Origin: Ascoidea asiatica JCM 7603
Lineage: Eukaryota; Fungi; Ascomycota
NCBI GenBank assembly: GCA_001600695.1
Contig: BCKQ01000001.1
Coordinates: 1,515,011 to 1,579,010 of the forward strand
DNA length: 64,000 bases
Reading direction: 5' to 3'
Of this stretch, positions 57,601-64,000 are shown in pieces. A program made the position numbers and the translations under genes. A model generated the notes under the pieces. It did not search any database. It worked only from the letters and a program-made list of their open reading frames with translations, and had not been told where the DNA came from. Position 1 is the first letter of the stretch; each line of letters opens with the position of its first letter.

Positions 57601-58958
57601 TTGACTCTAAAGGTTCAATAGTACTTGCACATCAATTAGATAAAATAATTGGATATGGATCATGGGGAGTTGTTAGAGAATGTCATCTTGTTAAAGATGC
57701 AAATGTTAAGAGAGCTGTTAAAATCATAAGTACTCTTTATCCAAGTGTTAAACGTAGATTTAAAAGAGAAATTAGAATTTGGTCAAGATTAAATCATAAA
57801 AGAATTTTACCATTATTTTATGTTCATGAAACAGATCACGCAATATTTTGTATATCACCAAGAATTTATGGTGGAACATTATATGATCTTGTTGCAACAT
57901 GGGGAGCATATGACTCATATAATCCATCATTTCCGATGACAAAAAGATTAAAAATTATTAGATTATTTTGTTTTGAATTACTTGATGGATTATCATATAT
58001 GCATTATAATGGGATTGTTCATGGAGATTTAAAATTAGAAAATTGTTTAATTGATGAAACAGAAAATGAAAATGGAATTAAAGAAAACCATATTTTAATT
58101 ACAGATTTTGGAATGAGTAGATTTTATTTAAAACCAAAAGTTAAACAAAGTTCAATATCCTCAGTTAGAAGTTTTTTTTCTGCGGAGGATTATGATGATG
58201 ATAACCAAAGTTGGAAAAATTCATATGGTAGAGAATTCAATAAAAGAAATGATAATAATAATGATGATGATGCTTTATATTTTTCAGTTAAAGCATCAGA
58301 TAAAATAAATATTCCAAGATCATCATCAACAGAAAATTTGGTAGGAATTGATCGTAGAAATAGTAGATTGTTTAGAATTATCTATAATAGAAAATTTGTT
58401 CATGATGATTCACCAATTCTAATGTCAAGAAATTTTGGTCCATCAATTACTTCAACAACATATGAAATAAATTCAAATTTAGAAAATGAAGAAGAAAATA
58501 ATTCAAATTTTTCAGAAAAAAATAAGAAAGATTATGAAGAATTTGGTATAAATAGTGCAAATAAATTTTTAGAACCGATAAAATTCAATAATTTTGGAGA
58601 AGTTTTAAATGAATTTAATGATAGTAAAGGTACATTACCACATTCACATATCGGATCAATGCCATATGCATCACCGGAGATTTTAATGGATGATCCACCT
58701 CCATTAGGACCAACAGCTGATATTTGGGCATTTGGAGTTTTACTATATACAATGATTGTTGGAGAATTACCATTTAATGTAAATTTTGAACCAAAACTTC
58801 GAGAAAAAATAAAAAATGAAGAAATTGATGAAAAAATTTTAAAAAAAGCATGTTTTTATGATCCTGATTTAAATAAAATTGTCAAAGGATGTTTAACCAA
58901 GGATATTAACAAAAGATGGGATTTAAACAAAATTGTTAATGCAATTAATGAAAGATAA
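54630..58958 (+). CDS. NNK1: Ser/Thr kinase Nnk1-like with a long low-complexity N-terminus
   Basis: IIGYGSWGVVREC, HGDLKLENCL, DFGMS, a large activation-loop insert, and IGSMPYASPE..PPPLGPTADIWA..PFNVNFEPKLR as recalled for Nnk1. Confidence 0.85.
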   Translation: MDGLNSSNSNHDKKINPDINSNKSNNSSSRSNLTNQFQYNSSTSYPSLLSIYSQPQFFRSRPISTSNPIQNRQSINNSSNDQNDLIEKKRDSKSSKPSIASKLNINNSLITNSLIDSSLIHSMTNNSNSSIDLYNNSRQLNDNINDNGYSFDNNFLNSPALSNSLISQNNLISNSISNSLSNSNNKIKRSQTLNFEINSNDNIDKLSNPNPHSNIKPKSKISLSNLSKYLNEKKVKSNNNDLNTNINDNEKDSDNDIIKNDSKYSKNSKNFPPKFSKSNKLWNLINFSEKNNQKLLINKRLNTINNSKTNIKNKNNKNIDIISNNDNNNNNNKNSENFDLSLNSSSSSPSFSQTLRTSQTFPKCSTLLERDFPVEMAAFSLLQKDHNGEYHIISDNDYLNLNSNNSNNLNDNIINSTSDLQRHNDNNDIDKKSPYLKQEAYLSLSFSHRSLNNYDNYDNYNIEKNSINNTSNTNIDDSYNENSTLSKYGGAIIPSKDFTPNYKTKNSKTKKLGLTRAHVPDATLLSLLNNQKSSDLNGFIKNTILHPTVSIYHNFEELIGLEDEYIPGVDFKNSLFNWFKTEDELEKFGQLQNFNLKKIKLLKKSSTKKSFFPKNSSPKKSIFKSTDESRNRNNYPVIDDEILPNNIPISNKSPEKLSLLFNSSNDLKIENKTNSKIKTKIKPKNDNKNGNENKNVSKIDDFTDLHYFNSNFFNENLKNYNKDISNFDNVLENEKNYDNFHGGHKKIGLTKKILEGTSNKILKPTQYHGTIITRDVNPDRERKKLHSDNHPFMHPTSLPSSLNLISPELVNVNKFLPIGEPHRSSSISETVLLPKVVKGSNSSTSNSIETNSPVSFFNDNSSSANFSSNLSANLSSNLSESISDLDYEKSLDKLPKNFSSLNFVQRNKLLSKISPDGDYKTLLPYARKKFPELRKRKSDASAFLSSINSSIGVKNPEKLQKLNSKLKNNNNNNNSNSLKSKNDDSSPKDNVDSKGSIVLAHQLDKIIGYGSWGVVRECHLVKDANVKRAVKIISTLYPSVKRRFKREIRIWSRLNHKRILPLFYVHETDHAIFCISPRIYGGTLYDLVATWGAYDSYNPSFPMTKRLKIIRLFCFELLDGLSYMHYNGIVHGDLKLENCLIDETENENGIKENHILITDFGMSRFYLKPKVKQSSISSVRSFFSAEDYDDDNQSWKNSYGREFNKRNDNNNDDDALYFSVKASDKINIPRSSSTENLVGIDRRNSRLFRIIYNRKFVHDDSPILMSRNFGPSITSTTYEINSNLENEEENNSNFSEKNKKDYEEFGINSANKFLEPIKFNNFGEVLNEFNDSKGTLPHSHIGSMPYASPEILMDDPPPLGPTADIWAFGVLLYTMIVGELPFNVNFEPKLREKIKNEEIDEKILKKACFYDPDLNKIVKGCLTKDINKRWDLNKIVNAINER

Positions 58959-59232
58959 AGATATATAAATTATTTTTCATTTTTGTCAATATTTGTTTCC
59001 TTTTGTATAAAACTATTAACGAATTAAATGCATTTTTTTTTATTAAATAACGTAAGCTCAAAGAAAATATATCAATTTTTTTGAAATATTGTTATTTTTT
59101 GGATTGTTTTTCAAAATTGAATTGAAAGTATTTTTATAATTCAATTATTAAATGATATCATCTCGAAAAAGGTTTTTTTTGGTTTACATGAATTAATATA
59201 TTTATTTAATCATTTTTCAATAGGTAAACAAT

Positions 59233-59370
59233 ACGCGTAACAAATAATGTAAATAAAGGGATAATTAAATAAATTTACGTGTTTGAGATTCGATAAATAA
59301 ACAAATTGCCAATGCTATGAGTCATTCAATAGAGTACCGGGTAAGATATTTGAAATTAATTATTACGCGT
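59233..59370. promoter_or_regulatory. Two MCB-like ACGCGT sites and a Reb1-like CCGGGTAA upstream of BDF1
   Basis: ACGCGT at 59233 and 59365; CCGGGTAA at 59337. Confidence 0.45.
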
Positions 59371-60003
59371 TTAATCAATAACGGGACACTTCCGATTTCC
59401 CAAATTCAGGAAACGTTACTTGAATGAAAGAAAGAAGGAAAGTTCAGCCAATTAGATTCTAGAAGACACCAGGACACGGTACCACGTAAAATAACAGTTT
59501 AGAGCATTTTTGGTGTCAAATGTAATTTTGGAATAAATATTATTAATAAAGAACACGTCGTCAATAATTATAAATCTGACTTTAAATAGGATAAACAACA
59601 ACAAACACGAAACGTTAAACGCTGAATATGCGGGATTGCTGGAAGTGCAAGGTATTTGTCAGAACGGCCTCCTTTTTGAAATCTAGAAATCTGAACGCAC
59701 TTGTGGATGCAAAAAGGGAAGTGCAGGTTTCACAGGTTGGTCATTTATTTTCTGCCACAAAGTCAGTGAGAGGTCACGCATTTCTAAAATAAATAACGTT
59801 TATGGAATCCCATTTGTGTTATTTGAGAGTGGTGCGCGTGTTAGGATGAGACGGTGACGGCGCCCTTGTTGTTGCGTATATCTCAGTATTGGCATCCGTG
59901 ATGGGCCAGCATCAGAGACTCAGCAGCCCCGAGCGTAAGGAAAAAGCAGTGAAAAAGTAGCTAAAAAGCAGCGAGTGGGACTTCGGGTCTTGGAGTAGAG
60001 AGA

Positions 60004-60011
60004 TATATAAA
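60004..60011 (+). promoter_or_regulatory. TATA box for BDF1
   Basis: TATATAAA followed by a long pyrimidine tract. Confidence 0.55.
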
Positions 60012-60225
60012 GTGAGTAAACGCCGCAAGAAAGATTTATAAATATTGAATTTGCTGCGGTGCCTTTGGATTTTTTCTCTTTCTTCTTCTTTTCTCTTTTT
60101 CTTCTTTCTTTCTTCTTTTCTTTCTTTCTCCCATTTCCACTTCCACATTTACTTCTGCTCAAAACTTTCCTCTCACAGCTTACCCTGCGTGCTTGTCCTC
60201 TTTATCTACTTTATATCTACTTTAT

Positions 60226-60467
60226 GTATGTATTTTATATATCTATTTCTAATATATTTATTTTATTCCTCCCATATATTATAAGTAATTAATCAATTGT
60301 ATCTATATATTATAATTCATTTATTTTCAATCAATAATCATCCATCTATCAATCAATCAATCAATTCATTCTATTCTTATTCATATTTGGGTTGAGAATG
60401 ATTTATAATATCTACTTCTTGTTATATCTTTAAAGATGATAATCTTACTAACATTTCCGTTTCTCAG
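60226..60467 (+). other. Predicted 5'UTR intron of BDF1 (242 nt)
   Basis: GTATGT at 60226, TACTAAC at 60446-60452, pyrimidine run and CAG at 60465-60467. Confidence 0.8.
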
Positions 60468-60609
60468 TTTCCAAAAGCAAAACAAATATTACTAAAGATT
60501 TATATAAATAATCCATCAATTAACTATCAAGTTCAATCAATTATATAATTCACTGTTTATCAATTTTATTTTATTTTGATTTTTTCATATTAGAGTTTTT
60601 TAAAATATT

Positions 60610-63012
60610 ATGGACTCTACTATACCTGCAACTCCAGAAAGTGATAATAACAATAATAATAATAGTATTTATAAAGCTATGCAATCCAACAATAATAACA
60701 AAATTGATGTCAATATCTCAACCAATAATGATAATGTTTCAAATAAGGATAAAAATATTCCTCCTTCTCCTCCATCTCCTTCTTCACCAAACATTTCTAA
60801 TCAAGATATTATTAGTGATAACAAAAAAAATATAGAAATCGATGTAACTAATGATAATGACAATGAAAATGATGACATCAAAGAAATCAAAGATGAAAAA
60901 GAAATTGAAATAGAAAATGATAATGATGAGATTATAATCGATCAAGATGATTTAAAACACAATCATGATGAGGATAATTTGGAAGGTCAATCTCCAATAA
61001 AAAAAATCAAATCTGATGCTTCTATATCTAAAAATCAATTACCTACTTCTTCGCCCTCTAATATAAAGTCTAATGATATTATAGAAGATAAAAAAACAAC
61101 TGATTCATCTTCAACAATTATACCTATAGAACCTGCCCCAAAACCTCCAAGTGAGCCTGATCTAAATAATTTACCAAGTGATCCAATACCAAAATATCAA
61201 CAAAAATATGCTGTAAATGTAATAAAAAATGTCAAAAGATTAAAAGACGCAATTCCATTTTTAAATCCTGTTGATACAATTTCTCTCAAAATTCCTTTTT
61301 ATTTTAATTATATCAAAAGACCAATGGATTTATCAACAATTGATAAAAAATTATCTTTAAATGCATATCCTGATATAAAAGAATTTATAAATGATTTTAA
61401 TTTAATAGTTTCAAATTGTGAAAGATTTAATGGCGTAGATTCTCAAATTTCAAGAATGGCTAGAAATATAAAATCAAGTTTCAATAAATATATGATAAAT
61501 ATGCCTCAGCGTGAAGTAATCAATAATTCCAATGATTCTTCTAGTTATAATAATGATAATAATAATCATAACCTTAATAATAGTCATAATAGCATTAATA
61601 ATACTCATAGTAAAAGAAGAAGAAAATCTTCAATGAATCATAATAATAATCAAAGTCTAAAAAATCATGTAAATATTCAAGACTCTAAATTTCAAAAACC
61701 AAGTGCTGCAATGGCTTTAAATCAAAATGGTATACCAATTATAAGAAGAGAAAGTACTCATGATGGTGGTGGTAGACCAAAAAGAGAAATACATCCTCCA
61801 AAACCAAAAGATATAACTTATGAGAATAAACCAAGAAATAAAAAATTTATTGCTGAATTAAAATTTTGTGGCTTAATTCTAAGAGAATTACTTTCAAAAA
61901 AACATAATTCTTTTTCATTTCCATTTTTATTACCTGTTGATCCAATTGAATCCCAATGTCCAAATTATTTTGATATTGTTAAAAATCCAATGGATTTAAG
62001 TACTATTAAATTAAAATTATCAAATAATGAATATGAAAATGCTGATGAATTTGAAAAAGATATAAGATTGATGTTCAATAATTGCTATTTATTTAATTCT
62101 AATGGTACTCCTGTAAATACAATGGGTCATCAATTAGAAAAAATTTTTGATAAAAAATGGAAAGAAAAACCAAAAACTCCACCAACTCCACCTCCTGAAT
62201 TTCAATCAAATAAAAAAAATCAACAACTCCTGCAACAAAATCAACAAATTGATATATCTGATGATGATTTGGAACCTGAAATTGATATAGAATCTGAAGT
62301 GAATAATAATCCTGCTGTTCAAGTTTTAATATCAAGTATTGAAAAAATGAAAACTCAATTAGAAGAAATAAAAAATATAGAAAGAGAAAAATTAACTAAA
62401 CTATATGCCCAAAAAGCTAAAAAAAAGGCTCATGCGAGAAATTCAACAAGAGGAGGTAGAGGTAGAAAACCTTTAGCTTCTTCAAATACAAATAATCGTG
62501 AAAAATTCAATAATGATAATGAAGATGATTTTCAAATGTCTTATGAAATGAAAAAACTTTTAAGTGAAAGAATGAATACTTTACCTGAAAAAAAAGTTCC
62601 TCAAGCTTTACAAATTATACAAGAATCTTTAAATGTCCAAACAAATGGCGGTGAAGAAGTTGAATTAGATATGGATTCTTTAGATGATCCAACTCTTAAA
62701 AAATTATATAAATATGTTGTAGGAGATAATAAAAGATCATTTCCAAATTCTTCTAGAGGAGGAAGGGGCAGTAGAGGCGGAAGAGGTTCTGCTCTGGGTT
62801 CTAAAGCTAGAAGAAGAACAAAACAAGTTGTTGAGAAACAAGTTGTAGATTTAAAAAAGAAAAGAGATGAAGCGTCTAGTTTTATGGATAATAGTGGTAA
62901 TTTCTCTGATTCTAATAATAATAGTTCAAATATTATAAATAATACTATTGATGTTCAAGGTGAAGATTCTTCTGATGATGATGCTTCTTCTGAAAGTTCT
63001 GAAGAAGAATGA
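60610..63012 (+). CDS. BDF1: BET protein Bdf1 (two bromodomains + ET domain)
   Basis: PFLNPVD..IKRPMDLSTI, PFLLPVD..VKNPMDLSTI, GRPKREIHPPKPKD and ET motif EVELDMDSL; terminal SEED-like tail. Confidence 0.97.
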   Translation: MDSTIPATPESDNNNNNNSIYKAMQSNNNNKIDVNISTNNDNVSNKDKNIPPSPPSPSSPNISNQDIISDNKKNIEIDVTNDNDNENDDIKEIKDEKEIEIENDNDEIIIDQDDLKHNHDEDNLEGQSPIKKIKSDASISKNQLPTSSPSNIKSNDIIEDKKTTDSSSTIIPIEPAPKPPSEPDLNNLPSDPIPKYQQKYAVNVIKNVKRLKDAIPFLNPVDTISLKIPFYFNYIKRPMDLSTIDKKLSLNAYPDIKEFINDFNLIVSNCERFNGVDSQISRMARNIKSSFNKYMINMPQREVINNSNDSSSYNNDNNNHNLNNSHNSINNTHSKRRRKSSMNHNNNQSLKNHVNIQDSKFQKPSAAMALNQNGIPIIRRESTHDGGGRPKREIHPPKPKDITYENKPRNKKFIAELKFCGLILRELLSKKHNSFSFPFLLPVDPIESQCPNYFDIVKNPMDLSTIKLKLSNNEYENADEFEKDIRLMFNNCYLFNSNGTPVNTMGHQLEKIFDKKWKEKPKTPPTPPPEFQSNKKNQQLLQQNQQIDISDDDLEPEIDIESEVNNNPAVQVLISSIEKMKTQLEEIKNIEREKLTKLYAQKAKKKAHARNSTRGGRGRKPLASSNTNNREKFNNDNEDDFQMSYEMKKLLSERMNTLPEKKVPQALQIIQESLNVQTNGGEEVELDMDSLDDPTLKKLYKYVVGDNKRSFPNSSRGGRGSRGGRGSALGSKARRRTKQVVEKQVVDLKKKRDEASSFMDNSGNFSDSNNNSSNIINNTIDVQGEDSSDDDASSESSEEE

Positions 63013-63309
63013 TTTATTTCTATTTTCTTTTTTCATCCTTTTATTCTTATGTATATTAAATTATTTATTTTTTTTTTTTCTTTTTTTCTACGATTGGCTA
63101 ATCTGTTTTTCTTTTTATATTGTTTTTCTTTTGAAGGAGAAAAAAAAACAGATTAGGCTTTTCTCTTTTAAAGGTTGTTGCAAGAATTTGAAATTATAAT
63201 ATATTTATTTCAGAAAAAAATAAATTAATTTTGCTCATATATAGTTCATAAATAATCTTGAATTTTCTTGAATTTTTCAATACTTTTGAATTTTTATTAA
63301 ATATTTTTT

Positions 63310-63928
63310 TCATAATTGACCATCAACGGATCGTGAAATACTTACACCACTTACTTTTTGATTATAGGCTGTAGTTGGTGTCCATTTTCTTACACTTCTA
63401 ATTTCATCAGAAGCATATCCAGGAATTCTTATACCCCAATTTTTTTCAAGGGTTAATTGTATATCTTTAAGATCAATTGAATCAACTTTTCTATGTTTTG
63501 CTAATCTACAAGCAAAATTTGTTACATCAGAAATAAAATTATCTGTTAAATCAAGTAATAATTCTTCAACATCACCATCAATTGTTGTTTCTCCATCACC
63601 TTCATCACTTCCAACACTTCTAACTAATTCACTTAATTTTCTTTTTGATAAAATTCTTTCACTTTGAAATTCTAAAGGTGGCATTTTAACTAAAGATGGA
63701 GTTGATAAAATTGGTGGAATTACATTACCACCAGTAATTGTTGGTCTTGAAGGTTTAAAAGGTACAGAAACTATAGGTTTTTCTTCAATTTCTTTTGATA
63801 TAGGTAAACTTGGTAATGAATCTTTCATAACTTTATTTAAATCAATAACTTTTTTAGATTGAGCAATATTTCTATTAGTTGTAATGGCATTTGTTGAATG
63901 TTGATTTAACAGGTTTTTAGCCTGTTGA

Positions 63929-64000
<72 letters not shown>
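63310..64000 (-). CDS. TAF12: TFIID/SAGA subunit Taf12, C-terminal part; 5' end lies beyond the window
   Basis: Histone fold RILSKRKLSELV..IDGDVEELLLDL..CRLAKHRK..WGIRIPGY. The frame stays open upstream of 63828 through a poly-Asn run to the window edge. Confidence 0.97.
63932..64000. repeat. (TTA)n microsatellite, poly-Asn in Taf12
   Basis: 23 perfect units up to the window edge. Confidence 0.97.

Noticed and set aside
59800-60000. Possible ncRNA (GC-rich, contains a CTTCGG tetraloop-like motif)
   Set aside because: The stem is too short, with no tRNA, snRNA or snoRNA hallmarks; the position just before a TATA box fits a promoter.

Overview
Gene-dense, very AT-rich budding-yeast (Saccharomycotina) chromosome segment. 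Many proteins carry poly-Asn expansions, and the introns are of the GTATGT/TACTAAC type. This style resembles Ascoidea, a CUG-reassignment lineage, but that identification is inference only. Most of the window is core housekeeping genes: CLA4 (partial), TPO5-like, YJU2, ATP12, RET2, ERG20, MED8, a YBR197C-like ORF, a large DH/PH-like protein, MSI1, RIM2, PGI1, GPI2, TAF5, PRE6 (3 exons), RPR2, an LDAH-like lipase, GPM1, ATM1, ADE3, PRE2, NNK1, BDF1 and TAF12 (partial). The most unusual part is a ~4 kb accessory patch between GPM1 and ATM1. It holds (i) a disabled 443-codon gene that the ORF track splits into fragments; reconstructed, it has the layout and residue patterns of a K1/K1L-type killer preprotoxin; and (ii) an intact gene encoding a pogo/Fot1-type transposase DNA-binding module with no catalytic domain. 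Other points of note: a 4x114-bp repeat tail on RPR2, a 20-nt microexon and an intronic Rpn4-like site in PRE6, a 5'UTR intron overlapping uAUGs in BDF1, a recurring SGGTAAC promoter motif, and G/C strand-skew flips centred on GC-rich promoter islands. All assignments come from reading the sequence and recalling homologues; no searches were run.
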